Assembly (NCBI GenBank): GCA_031835245.2
Contig: JAVKOQ020000024.1
Location: 124,001-188,000 of the forward strand
Direction of reading: 5' to 3'
DNA length: 64,000 nt
DNA from: Balamuthia mandrillaris
Taxonomy: Eukaryota
Shown here: positions 41,909-55,452 of the stretch, in pieces
Position numbering within the stretch: the stretch's first letter is position 1
Layout: each line of letters begins with the position of its first letter
Position numbers and translations under genes: made by a program
Notes under the pieces: model-generated
Seen by the model: only the letters and a program-made list of their open reading frames with translations
Told to the model about the DNA's origin: nothing
Databases searched by the model: none

Positions 41909-44325
41909 ATGGCAGAAGCAGAAGCAGCGGTTCCAAAGGCTGACCTCGTACTCCTGCACTTCAACGACGTGTACGACGTGGAACCGGCCGCCAAGGAGCC
42001 CGTAGGAGGGGCCACTCGCTTCGCCACCGCCTTGAAAACGCTGCGCCAGCAGGCCTCCTCTCCACCGTTGGTCTTGTTCAGTGGAGACGTCTTCAATCCT
42101 TCTCTCCTCTCTGCCATTACCAAAGGAAAAGTAAGTAAGCTCTTTTTTTAAAAACAAAAAAGATCAACCACTTCTTTTTTTCTGCTCCTGTGTTGGTGTT
42201 GTTGAGCGTCTACTTACTTTTTTTTATAAAAAAAAACGCACACAATGAAGCATATGGTCAATGTAATGAATGAGTTGCACATCCAAGCTTCCGTTTACGG
42301 CAACCAGTACTAAAGCTCTCCCTTATTCTTCTCTTTTTCTTCACCTTCTCCTTCTTCTTTCATCTTTCTCCTTTCTTCTTGAGCTTTTTTCTCTTACTGT
42401 TTTTTTTTTTTTCTCATAGCGAATTTGACTTTGGCGTGGAACAGCTGAGAAAGAATGTGTCTCAGTGCAACTTCCCATGGCTCATGTCGAACCTGATCGA
42501 CACAGCCACGGGCCTTCCCTTTGCCGGTGGTCATAGACACCTTGTGCTTCCTTGGAATGGCTTGAAAGTGGGCCTTATCGGTATCTTTAACTTTTGTTGT
42601 CTTATGTTGTCGTTGTTCTTCTTCTTGTTCTTGTTCTTCTTCTTCTTCTTCTTGTTCTTCTTCTTCTTCTTCTTCTTCTTCTTCTTGTTCTTCTTCTTCT
42701 TCTTGTTCTTCTTGTTCTTCTTCTTCTTCTTGTTCTTTCTTCTTCTTCTTCTTCTTCTTCTTCTTCTTCTTCTTCTTCTTCTTGTTCTATTTTCTTTCTT
42801 CTTCCTTCGTTTCTTGTTCGTTTCTTTAACTTGCTTCTACATTTTAGGTTTGGTGGAACAAGAGTGGCTGGTGACGCTTGCCTACCTTCCAGAGTCAGTG
42901 GAGTACCGCGACTTCGTGACGGAGGGTCAAGCCTTGGTTGAAGAGTTGAAGGACAAAGAGGGTTGTGACCTGGTTATAGCACTGACCCATATGCGGGCTC
43001 CGAATGACAATCGCTTGGCTAAAGGCGTGCCTCGCTTGGATCTCATTCTATCAGGTAGATCTTTCTTCCTCCCTCTCGCCTCCAATAACGTATCTCACAA
43101 TAAAACAACAGGACACGATCACTTTTACGAAGTTTGGCAAGAACCAACTCATAATACAACCATCGTCAAGAGTGGAACTGAGTTTCGTTACATCAGCCAA
43201 GTTGAACTCTTCCTCGACAGTAACTCCCCCAACCACAAGCCTAGAGTGATAACCAAAAAGATCGAGGTCACGAAAGAGTTTGAGGAGGATGAGAACATGA
43301 AACAAATATTATCCTGCTTCCAAGAGATGATGAACACAAAACTTAACAAAGTGATTGGAAGGACGAGCGTAATGCTGGACGCGAGGAACGCCTTTGTGAG
43401 GACCGGAGAGACTAACTTGGGAAGCATGATTTGCGATATTATGAGGACCACTATGGGTGCTGATGTTGCGTTGCTGAACAGCGGCACTATTCGCTCGGAT
43501 AGCAGCTATGGGCCAGGTACGCAGTTTCGTCTTTCTTCGTTCCCTTTTTCTCGCACCTTTGCTTTCTACCGACAACAGATATGACAAACAGGAGACATAA
43601 AGCTAAAGGACTTGATGACTATTCTCCCATTCGCTGATACTATCGTCATCATTGAGGTAACCGGGCAACAATTGTGGGACGCTTTTGAGAACGGCGTAAG
43701 CAAATGGCCTTTGCAAGAAGGTCGCTTTCCTCAGCTCTCTGGAGCTTCTTTCGTCTTTGATCACCTTGTTCTTGAATCTTTTCCTTCTTCCTCTTTTCTC
43801 TTCGTTACTGGTTCGTTTTTATTCGAAAGAACTAATACTTCCGTTCTTTCTTTTCTTTTCTTTTCTTTTCTTTTCTTTTCTTTTTCTTTTCTTTTCTTTT
43901 CTTTTCTTTTCTTTTCTTTTCTTTTCTTTTCTTTTTTTCTGCTTTTTTTTGAAAAGGTGAGGCACCATTTCATGAAGTTAAAAGTATTATCATCCTTCAA
44001 GAGTGTTCGAGTGAATCAACTGGTTCGTCTTGCTTTTCGCAAGAAAGAACAGGTCGATTCGGTTATGGCCATAGCTCCAACTTGTTTCGGCCGCATTGTC
44101 GCTCTTCAAAGCGAAAACAAAGCGGAAGAAGAAAAAAAGGACAAAGAAAAGGAAGAAGAAGCCGAAAGAAGGAAGAAGGAAGAAGAGGAGGCGCAACGAA
44201 AGAAGCAGGAAGAAGCCGAGAGGGCTGTAGCCGCGATGACCAAAGAGCAATTGCAACAACGAGTGTTGCAGCTGGAGAGAGAGAACGAGACGTTGCGTCA
44301 ACGCTTGTTGCAACAGTCTTCATGA
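41909..44325 (+). CDS. 5'-nucleotidase / calcineurin-like metallophosphoesterase, multi-exon
   Basis: LLHFNDVY, SGDVF, GNHEFDFG (spliced), ALTHMR, GHDH, ETNLGSMICD, NSGTIR and GRFPQLSG. Confidence 0.9.
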
Positions 44326-44558
44326 ATGCAACGCTCTCTTGGTCTTCATTCTTAACATTCTCTGCGTGCCCGCACATTTTCCTCATATCTTTCATTTTTT
44401 GTATGCCACACATTTTATACAATTTTTTCATTCTTTGCATCTCATGCATACATGTCATACCAGACATACGTTGCATTTTCTTAATTTGATTTGTCGGAGG
44501 AAAAAGAGTAGTAAGAAGCCGAAGGGAGGAAGAGAAGGAGGAGAGCATCGCCTTCATC

Positions 44559-47500
44559 ATGAGCTTGCGCCCCACGACTCGCTACCAGACGTTGGAGGAC
44601 GCCTCCTCGGGATACAGGGAGCAAGACAGGCTGACCCAAGAGCAGCAGCAACGCTCTCTGGAATCGGGGCACCTCCAGCACAACGACGACGAGACCGAAA
44701 TCATTGGCCTCGTCGGAGAGAGGGATGGCTTTTGGCACAGTTTGCCTTGTTGTCCTCAGGTTCTCTCTCTCTGCTAGCTACTTTTCTTCTATACCTTTTA
44801 TTTTTTCTTGGCAAACTCAAACAAAAAAATAATAAACAGAAACGACCCAGCAAAAGGGCGACCGTGGCAGTGATTGGCTTCATTGCGCTGGTCTTGATCG
44901 TGGCTGGCATTGCCATTAGTGGTACGTTGTTTTTTTCTTGTTCTATTCTTCTCAGTACATTTTTTTGCTGCCTATCCTGTTGCGTTATTTAACCGTGGTC
45001 TGCCTTCTTTCCTTCCTTCTTCCTTCTTCCTCCATTTCTTTCTTCTTCCTCCATTTCTTCCTTCTTCCTCCATTTCTTTTCTTCTTTGCTTCCTGCTTTT
45101 GCTTCTTCCGTCCTTTTTGAACAGTGTCGTTGTCGGTGAAAGACGATACGGATTCCTCCAACAACAAACCAACTTACTCCTTTGACGACATTTTCTCCCT
45201 CAACCCAAAGTCCTTCACGTTTCAATGGTTCTCCATCAACTCCACCACGGCTGGGCTCATCTACTCCGACAAAGAGCGCAACATCTTTTTGCAAAAGGTG
45301 TATGTAGACAGCAACGAAAACCAAAACAATAGTCATACGACTGTTTTTCCTGATGTCAACGAAAGAGTGACCCTGTTCAACGTTAGTCTCAACAATAACT
45401 CCTTGTTGGTGCCTTCGCTGGGCAGTCAGTACTCCCTCTCTTATGATGCCTCCTATCTTTTGCTTCCTGTGCACCAAAGCAAGGTTCTTTTTTTTTTTAT
45501 CGCATCGATATATGCTTCTCTTCTTTTTGACCTCTTCCTTTGCTTTCCGTTTATTCTCCTTTTGTTCGTGTTTCTTTTTCTTTGGATTGCAGATATGGCG
45601 GCATTCTTTTGAAGCCAAGTTTGTTCTATTTTCTGTGGCAAATCAAGATGTGCATGACAACTTGAATGAAGATGCCAAGCAAACAAACGCCATTTGGTCT
45701 CCTACCAGCCTTTCTGTGGTAAACCTCACCTCTCTCTCTTTCTCTTTCTCTCGTATACTAAAAGCAACAAATGCAAAGGCTTTCGTTCAAGATGATGATA
45801 TTTATTTGAGAAAGGATGTGTCCAGCACCGAGCAGTCTCCCATCAGGATAACTACTGATGGTTCCCTGCCTGGTTTGTTTTTCTTTGTCTTCCTCCTTTC
45901 TTTACGTTAACTCCCTCTTTGTTTTCACCTAAGGAATCACAAACGGCGTACAAGTGTGGGTATACGAAGAAGAAATCTTCGCCGACTATTCGGCCATGTG
46001 GTGGGCGCCTGATGGTTCTCAGCTGGCCTTCCTTCGGTTCAACCAGAGTGCAGTGCCACAGGTTACCATGCCCATGTATGAAGGCAACCCCTATCCTACG
46101 CTAAGAACCTTCCACTATCCAAAGGTACTTAGCAACACCCTTTTTTTTTTCTTGTTCGCCATGTTCATCTTGCTCTTCTTGTTCCTGCTCTTCTTCTTAA
46201 CATATCTTGCTTCCATTTATGACAATAGCCTGGTTATCCCAATCCTGATGTGAGTGTGGGTGTCTTCAACGTAACCGCGGGCTCAACAGTTTTCTTGGTT
46301 GTTTTTCTATATCGCCATTAATATTGCCTATCTTTCTTTTGACTGATTATCTTTAAATTTAAAAGAACATTGGAAATAGCACTGATATGTACGTGACTGC
46401 TGTTGAATGGGTGGATAGTATCACAATATCGGTCACCACTTCCAATCGCTTACAAAACGTTCGTTTATCATTTCTTTATTGTAACAAAGTGAAAGATACG
46501 TATTCTTTTAATGCTAAACAAACACCACTAACAGAAACAAACTGTGCTCTTGGTTAACACGCTCACCAATGCCTCTCGTATCCTTGAAGTAACTGTATCC
46601 AAGAATGGCTGGTTGGAGCCTGTACGTTCCACCCTTCCTTTCTTTTGCTTCGTTGCCTCTTTTTCTCCTTTCTTATTGCCGTTCAAACATACTGCCAACA
46701 AAAGGACTCCAACCTCAAATTCATTTCCATCAACAATACCGTGCAATACTTTGTGGACACTGTTCCCGACGATAATGGCTTTATGCAAATCGCTCTTTAC
46801 AACTACTCCTCGGCTGAGCTCATTCAAACCTTTTCTGCTGGCAAGAAACGAGACGTGACCCAAATTCTCGGGTGGTACTCTCCAACTGATTCTTTGCTCT
46901 TTGTTAGCACTGCTTCAGCCTCTTCGGCAAAGCAAGACGAAGAATCGTTCACTTCTCTTGAAGAAAGAGCTATTTTCAGCATTGACGACTTTACAAAGCA
47001 AACCGGAGGAGGAAAGAAGAAGCGAGAAATACAAGACGAGAACAACTGGAGATTGTTGTCAAAGGTTAATGCTTCCTCGGATCATCCGGCGGAGACGGAA
47101 GGTTGGTGGGGTTGTTCATTCCATGAAAAGAGCGGCTTTTACGTGCTTGCTTTTGGAGGCAATGGGGACGTTCGCCATGTTCCATTCACTACTCTTCATC
47201 ACTTGCATGTTCAAGGTTTGTTTGTTATTCTTTTGTTTTTTTGATCCTCATGTTCTACTTGTTCTTGTTGCTGTTCTCTCTTCTCTGTTCGACTAACCAA
47301 TGCCTTTTTTTATGGTTTGCTCCTGTATTAGATATGATGGTAACTTTAGAAAGCAACAACGATTTTAAGGCAAACATCAGCAAGTTGGCCTTACCCACAT
47401 ACAAATTTTTGTCTATCCCTCTCCAGCTTGGCGAAAACCAAACAAGTACTTTCCTTTCTGATTTAATTCTTGTGATCTCTTCTTGTTCTTCTTATTCTAA

Positions 47501-48474
47501 CTTTTGTTCCATTATCAGCAATGAACGCCTGGCAATTGCTCCCTCCAAATTTCCAGTCGGACAAGGCATACCCAATGTTGCTCAAGGTATATGGTGGACC
47601 TGGCAGCCAAGGAGTCACCAAGCAATACGCTCTTGGCTTTGACGCCTATCTTGCCTCCCAGGGCTACGTCATTGCTGCTGTAGATGGGCGAGGTACTGCT
47701 TTTAGGGGCAATGATTGGAAATTCAGTGTTTACGGTATGTTTTTTCCTTTGTTTGGTAACTGTTGTTTGTATCCCATTTTATTTATATTCTTAACTTTAT
47801 GTTCCCTCTCAACAATAGAAAATTTGGGTCAAGTGGAATCCGAAGATCAAATCGCTGCTGTTAAGTTTATGAGCAAGTCCCGCTACATTGACAGCAGCAG
47901 ACTTGGCGTTTGGGGATGGGTTTGTTTGTTTGTTTATTTTTTTAATGTTTCCACAACTTATTCTCCTTACTTCGTTGCATGGCCGTGTTGTTTGCCTTGC
48001 TTCTTTTTTTTTTTTTTTTTTGGAATTTGTTGCTTTTCTTTATTTTTTTTCGTTTCTTCAATGCTTAACCCAACTGTCCCATTGTTACACAGTCTTACGG
48101 CGGATATATGACCAGTAAAATCCTGCAATCGAGTATGTCATCATTTTGTTTTGTACTTTATTATTATTATTTTCTTCGTTTCTAAAGTATCTCTATTCTC
48201 TTTGTAAAGATGAATCGCGAGGTCTGTTCACAACAGGCATTGCTGTTGCTCCTGTCACCGACTGGAGCTTTTATGGTTTGTCTCCTTTTCTATCTTGTCC
48301 TATTTTATTAGTTTAACATTAACTGAATGGTAAACAGACAGTGTATACACGGAGAGGTACATGCAAACACCATCGCTAAATCCGTCGGGCTATCAGAATA
48401 GCAGCATACTCGCCAATCCTTTGGCTAACTTTGCCAACATTTCTTTCTTGCTCGTTCATGGCACTGGTACTTCG

Positions 48475-48550
<76 letters not shown>

Positions 48551-48730
48551 TTTTTGAAAGTTTTTTGATCGTTCATTTCTTTGCTTGTTTAACTCAACGC
48601 CTCGAACAACAGCGGATGATAACGTGCACTTGCAGAACTCGGCAGAACTAAGCAAGTTGTTGGTGAATAAAGGCATTGCTTTCCAGCAGATGTATTACAC
48701 CAACAGTTCGTATTTTCCTTCCTTGTTCCA

Positions 48731-48803
<73 letters not shown>

Positions 48804-48941
48804 CTATTCTCATCTTAACAATTTCTCTGCCACTCAAAAGATGATCATAGCATCAACAAAGACAATGCAAGAAGACATCTTTACAACAAACTGAGCAACT
48901 TTTTGGACATTCATCTTCGGAAGAAGGAGAAAGATCAATAA
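44559..48941 (+). CDS. Dipeptidyl peptidase IV family (S9B) type II membrane protease, multi-exon
   Basis: N-terminal TM anchor, WVYEEEIF, VYGGPGSQ, VDGRGT, GWSYGG (spliced), HGTADDNVH and NDHSI. Confidence 0.93.
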
Positions 48942-49308
48942 CCTCCTCATGGAAGAGAAAAACAAAAAAAAGAGAGAAGAGGTTTATCTTTTTTTTTGGA
49001 AGTGGGCGAGTCATTGTAACTTGTGCTTCTCTCGACCAATAAAAACCAAAGGATGGGAGGTCAACAAACAGGGGCCTTACTCCAATCGTTCTGCCTATGC
49101 TTCCCTCTTCTTTTGCTTCTGGACTTTGTTTTAAGCACTCCCATGCCAGTTAAGCCAGGTTTAGCCAACGGAGCTTCGGTCTCCCATAATCACCAAGATG
49201 CACACCGGAGCCAACCCGTTCGATGGTGGTGAAAACTCCACCGCAGGCTCTTTTTGTTGCTCTATTTTTGCTTTCGCTCTAGAGAGACAGACCCGCACAA
49301 GGAAAGAG

Positions 49309-49354
<46 letters not shown>

Positions 49355-49482
49355 CGAGCAAGAGGGAAGAGAGGAGCATAAAAGGGGCAATAGGAACGTG
49401 TTATCCTTTGGAAAGGAATGATCACACACAAAAGAAACAAGGAGTGTTAGAGAGACTATTTTGTTTTTTCTTAGGCCAATGC

Positions 49483-50047
49483 TTAATAGTCGTCGTCATC
49501 ACCGAACAAACCACCAGCAGCCAGGTCCTCCTCAGCCTCCTCCTCCTTCTCAGCGGGCTTCTCCTCGGCCTTGGGGGCAGGAGCGCCAGAGCTACCACCA
49601 GCAGCGGCGGGGGCACCACCACCGACGGCCACGTTGGAGCAGGCGTCAAGGAGGGCGTCGAGGCCCTTCTCGCCAAAGGCGCGTTCGTAGAGAGCGGTCA
49701 CAAAGGCGGGCACGGCAAAGCCAGCAGCGGTCAGGACAGCGTTGAGCTTGTCAGCCTGTTTTTTTTTTTTAGAAAGAGAAAGCGGAGAAAGGAGAGAGAA
49801 CAGGGATAGAGCGATGAGGACAAGGGATAAAGATGATAGAAACGGAACAAAACAGAAAACAAATAAGCGTAAGAAAAGAAAGAGTAACGTAACACAAAAA
49901 AAAAAAGGGGGGGAGGAGAACGAAAGAGATGTTGATTTTTTAGAAGAAGGAATAGCTTACGGTGATGGCGACGCTGGAGTCCTGGAGGATGAGGGCAGCA
50001 TAGGCTGCGGCATAGTCGTTCTTTTGGCTGGCGGTGAGGCTGTCCAT
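49483..50047 (-). CDS. RPLP1: 60S acidic ribosomal protein P1 (2 exons)
   Basis: YAALILQDSSVAIT^ADKLNAVLTAAG, Ala/Gly hinge and acidic tail ending GLFGDDDDY. Confidence 0.9.
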
Positions 50048-50726
50048 TTGCTAATTACGCACAAAAAAAAATAAATAAATAAATCAATCGTCCCACGAGG
50101 TCAGATGAAAAAAAAAACAAAATCAATTCAAATTCAATTCACCAAACAACACACAAGAACATCACACAACGAAAATCATCAATCACGTTCGACAAACACT
50201 TCGCGGCGGAGTAGAAAGAGAGAGAGAGGGGGAAAGTACGTTTTTCTTTTCGCTGTGGAAATCGGTTTGTGTGCGCACGCTCGCTTTGCGTTTTGTCCTT
50301 TTTGCTCTCTGCTGCGAAGAATGACTTTTTTTTTTGCTGGTGAACCCCCAAATTTTTTCTCGAGAAGAAAACGAGAAAAAAAAAAGTAGGTAATTCTGTC
50401 GACATCTAATTTTGTGTAGACAAATCGTTTATGCGGACATGATGTCGACAGAAAGGAAATTTGGTTCGCTTCTCCGCCGCTTTTCCATCCACTTTCTGCC
50501 GCTTCCACGATAAAAACACAAAAACAAAAAGAGAGAGAGACAAAAAGTGTTTTCTTCATAATATCACACAAGAACGAACAAACGACACTAGAAGAGAGGA
50601 CTCTGTGCTGAACTCGAGGTGTGTGTGCGTGCGGGCCGTTTCAGCTTTTTTCAGTTTTTTTTTTCCTTCCCCCTCTCTCATCTGAAGAAAAACGAACAAA
50701 CATAAAACACAAGCGGCAGGCATACC

Positions 50727-51038
50727 ATGAGTCAGGTGAGAGGAAAAGCGCAGCTGATAGCCCCAACGGTGGCTTCTATTATGGCGAGGGACGTCATTTC
50801 CGTGACCCCCAAAGACACCCTTCGCCACGCCCTTGGCCTCATGCGAACCAATACCATCAATAGGCTGCCTGTTGTAAAAGACCATTTGCGTAAGACACCT
50901 TCCTTCTCCCTGTCTTGCTCTCTTTCTTTCGTTTTTTTTTTCCCTTCTTGTCATGTCCCTCTCTTTCCTCTCCATCGTGCTTGCTCCTCCTTTCATTCAT
51001 CTGCTGATGCTCACCAACAAACACCACCAAAAAACTTA

Positions 51039-51069
<31 letters not shown>

Positions 51070-51428
51070 AAGAGAATCGCCAAAAGCTGGTGGGCATCGT
51101 GAGCGAGCGTGACGTGCGCCTGGCCGCCCGCTCCCCCGTTCTCGCCGAGACCAAGCGGGAGGTGCTGGAGAGCCTGGAAAAGGTGCACGTCGGGGACGTC
51201 ATGAAGACGGGCGTGGTCACGGTGGAGGACACGGCCAGCATCGTCGACGCCACCAAGCTCATGAGGGTCAGCCACGTGGGCGGGCTGCCGGTGACCGATG
51301 CGGCGGGCAACCTGGTGGGCATGTGCACCCGCACGGACCTGCTGGATCAGCTCATCCGGGTCTATGAGCCGCTGGACAGCGGTCCCTCCTCCTCTTCGGA
51401 CCAAAAGGAAGTGGCTGCTTCCAAGTAG
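50727..51428 (+). CDS. CBS-domain pair protein (2 exons)
   Basis: VASIMARDVISV...INRLPVV...LVGIVSERDV and VGDVMKTGVVTV...VGGLPV...LVGMCTRTDLL. Confidence 0.9.
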
Positions 51429-51991
51429 AGTGAAGAGGAGGAAGAAGGAGGAGAAGAGAAGAAGAAGAACGAAGAACGAAGAAGAACAAGAAGAAGAACG
51501 AAGAAGAACAAGAAGAAGAACGAAGAAGAAAGAAGTAACAAGAAGAAGAATGAAGTTAAAAAAAGAAGAAGAACAAGAAGAAGGCATGACTAAAGTGTAG
51601 AAAGAAAGAGCAAGGGGAAAGGGAAGCAAAAAAAAAATAAAATAAAAATGTAGAAAGAAAAATGTAGCGGGAGGGGGAGAGAGGACGAAACAGCAAAAAA
51701 AAATGTAGAGAGGGAGAGAGCAGGCAGCCCCGTGGTGGCAAGAAGAGAGGAGGGAGAAGCCGGCTGTTGTGTGAATGCATCGAAAAATGGGTTGTTCCCC
51801 CAAAGCTTGTGGCCGGTAGATGAAAGCAGTGAGAAAGAAGGAAAAAAGAGTTAAGGGCCAAAAGCTTTGTTTGATGATCTTTTTCTTTTGTCAGCAATAA
51901 CAACAAATCTTCAGAACAAAAAAAAAACTAAATAAAATTGTGAAAAAAAAAAAGGGAGTAATCATAATCAATCAGTACTACTTTTATGTGT

Positions 51992-52213
51992 TTACTGGCC
52001 CTTTCCGGGAACATATTGGAAGACAGCTTTCGGCTCCACCACGAAGAGAATGCCCAGCACGCCGACGGCTCCCCAGCGGAACAGGGCGGGGGCGTAGCGC
52101 AGGGCAAAGTTTCCGTACTTTTGGGCGTTGAAGGCGAGGCGGGTGACCCTCTCCCGCGGAGTCGAGAAGAGGTAGGGGCGTCTGCGGGCAAGCTCGTCGA
52201 TAGTTTGTGGCAT
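51992..52213 (-). CDS. Probable cytochrome bc1 complex small subunit (QCR10/UQCR11-like)
   Basis: 73-aa ORF with a single TM segment, RYAPALFRWGAVGVLGILFVVEPKAVFQYVP, resembling the P-x3-4-WGAVG...VP pattern of QCR10/UQCR11. Confidence 0.6.
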   Translation of the reverse strand: MPQTIDELARRRPYLFSTPRERVTRLAFNAQKYGNFALRYAPALFRWGAVGVLGILFVVEPKAVFQYVPGKGQ

Positions 52214-52618
52214 TCTTTCTTTCTGAGACCAGAGAAAGGGTGAACGGGAACGAGGGCGAATCCAATCAAGTGGGGGGGGGGTCTGAGTTGGTTTGAGTGC
52301 GTTGAACCAAATCAATCTTTTTTTTTTGTCTCTTTCTTGTGCTACTCTTTTTTTTTCGATAATAATGTTGCACCGCTGGACGAGATGTCGCTCCCACAAC
52401 GAATGTCCAGTTCCAGAGTGTTGCCAAGTGAAGGGGCGACCGTTTCAGTTTCGCAGATTGAACCCGCATGCGGGAGTCACGCGTTCGACTCGCACAGATA
52501 ACACATTTCTCCAAAATTCTTTTTTTCTCAGAAAGAGAGAAAAAAGTTTAACGAAGAAGAAGCACACAGGCAGTCACGACAGCTCGAGAGAAAGCAAGCA
52601 CAGCGCCACTCACGCAGC

Positions 52619-54849
52619 ATGTTGGAGGTAGAACTCATCCGCGTCATCCGAGAGAACGACCTGGCAGCCCTGGAAGAGCTCCTGCGCTCCGACCGGGACC
52701 CTCTGTCCCAGGAGGAAGGCTCGGACGAGGAACCGCCTGCTTTGGTGTTCATGGGAGGGGCCACTCCCTACCACTGGGCGGCCCAGGAGGGTCGCTTGGA
52801 AATGGCCAAGCTCTTTCAGGAGAGGGGCATGCCCGGGCTTACCGCGAAAGATGACACCGGCTCCACTCCTCTTCATTGGTTTGCGTTATTTTTTTTGGTC
52901 TCCTCCGCTTTTCACATTTTCTCTCTCTCTCTCTCTCTCTCAACTCTCTCTTGCTTCTTTGATTCTCTCTCATTCTCACTTGCGCTCTCTCCCTCACTCT
53001 GCCGTTCCAAACGCGCTCAGGGCTGCTGATGAAGGTACCTTCTCTTTCATTTCTTGTTGTCGTTGTTCTCTTATGTTGTTGTCTGCCTCATCCATTGCTT
53101 GTGTTGTTGTTGTCTTATGTTCTTCTTCTTCTTGTTCTTCTTCTTCTTCTTTTCATACATTTCTGTCTTTCTTCTTTGGCCCTTCTTAAAAACGGCATCT
53201 GAATTTCTTCCTCTCTTTCCTTTTCTTTTGCAGGACACACGGAGATGCTGGAGTATCTGATTGAAAGAGGAGCAGACGTGAATGCAGTGGATAACGAGGG
53301 AGAGTCAGCCCTCATGAGGGCATCATTAGGTGGCCATACCGCCTCTGTGGAGTTCCTTTTAAAAGCTGGAGCTGGCATGAACTTGCAATCTCTCAACGGC
53401 AACACTGCGTATGACTTTTTACTAGTTTTTTTTTTGTTGTTCTTGCTTCTCTACTGATACAAAAAAAAAAATCCATAGTCTTCATTTTGCAGTGTTGAAT
53501 GCCAATGAAAACGTGATTACAGTACTGGTAATGGCTGATGCGGATCTTACTTTGAAGAACAAGGAAGGAGCTACCGCTGAACAGATGGCGCAACAGATGT
53601 GTCCCGATTGCATCACTTTCTTTGACAAAGCAGCAAATCAGTTTAGAGGTTTGCCATTTCCTCTTTCTTCATTGCTGTTCACTCACTCAACCCTCTCTCT
53701 TTCTCTTTCCAACTTCTGAAACAACGAAAAACAGTAACAATCGAATCTCTTCAACGCCAAAACGAAGAGCTACGCCAAAAAGAAACACAAACCGAGGAAC
53801 GTCTAGAAGAAACACAACGCAAACTTATGAATCTCTATACTCAACTCAAAGCCTCTGAAGACTCTCTCCAAAAAGAACGACAACAAGCTTCTTCTTTAAC
53901 CCAACAACTCTCTTCCCTCAACGAACGGTTTCAAACAACAAACGAACAACTTTCCAAAGTTCAACAACGACTCGAACAATTAGAAACAGACAAACAAACA
54001 ACAGCAAGTGAATGGCAACACAAATACGAAGCTCTAAGAGAGGAGGAATCGCAGCGAAGAAAAGAGTTGGAAGCTTCTCTGGAAGAAACTCGCTCCAAAC
54101 TGGCCGAAAAGGAGGAAGAGAACAAGCAACAAGCGATAAAGATGAAGGAACTGAAATTGGAGGTCGAAGTGGAGATGAAGTTGAGAAAAAGCGCTGATGA
54201 AACGGCTCGCCGCCTTCGACAAACTATTTTCAACCACAATCTGCATCAAAAACAGCAAAATGTACTAACCATACAACGAACCAACGACGTCGAGAATGAA
54301 GAGAGTGAAGACAGTGGAAGCAAAGTCATAACAAAAGTGATCAAACCGGAAGTTGACAAAGATGAACTCATTCAAGAACTCTATTACTTACGAGAGTCAA
54401 TGAACTCAGTGAAGCAAATCTTCTCCATCGCGACGAGTGCCATCTCTGCAACCAACAACAAGATCCGTTTTTTGGATGACTTTATCACCGAGAGAAAGTT
54501 TCAAGAAAAGATGCACGATTTGAATGAAGAAGAAGATGGTGATAAGGAAGAGAAAGAAGAGATACGAAAAGAAAGAGCAGAACAGAGAGATAGAGACAGG
54601 GAGAAAGAGGGGAAGAGAGAAGCAGCGGCAAGAGATATCGTTGGAACGCAGCGAACGAAGGACTTACAACATCAACAACAGCAGCAACAACAACTGCCAT
54701 TTGCTTTTCCTTCGACTTCTTCCTCAAACGTTCGTATCATTCCATTGGATGATGGTGGCCTCTCTCTTGTTCCTAAAGCAACACCAGCACCAACCACACC
54801 AACAACACTAACACCAACGACACCGCCACAACAATCATCACAGTCATAG
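52619..54849 (+). CDS. Ankyrin-repeat protein with long coiled-coil C-terminus, multi-exon
   Basis: GATPYHWAAQEGRLEM, GSTPLHW, GESALMRASLGGH, GNTA and ADLTLKNKEG; heptad-rich last exon. Confidence 0.85.
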
Positions 54850-54908
54850 TTTAACAAAGTTTGGCAAAAAGCAGTTTTTTCTTTTCCTCCATCTTCTCCA
54901 AACCTCCA

Positions 54909-55385
54909 TCATTCTTCACCAAGAATCAGTTTGTGAGAAGCAGGCACGGATTCATCCCACTCAGCATAAAACATGTTGAAAGCCAGGAGAGAGCTCAGGC
55001 CATGCTTTTGCTGAAAGGCAGATGGTTGGAAGGACCTTCTTGGAGCAAAGCCACAGCCTCTGCTTTTGATGACCGTCTCATTCTCCACGTCGATAACGCC
55101 AGGTTGCTCATAGACAAGAAAAGTGTATCGGTGTTTTCCTGCGGAGAGAACATGAACAAGAGGAGGAGGAGGAGGAAGAAAGACAACAAGAAAAGAAAGG
55201 AGTCAAAGTTGAGGTCGAGATGGTGAAAGAGTTTAGAGGGTGATACCGCTGTCTTTGCCGGGCGCAGCTCCTACGTATTCAGCGATGGCAAAGCCTTTCT
55301 CCGGTTCAAGCTCATCATCATCAGAGGAAAGGGGCACGTTCACCGCTGTTTTTTTACAAACGTTTTTAGCTCCAAATGAAGAGAA

Positions 55386-55452
<67 letters not shown>

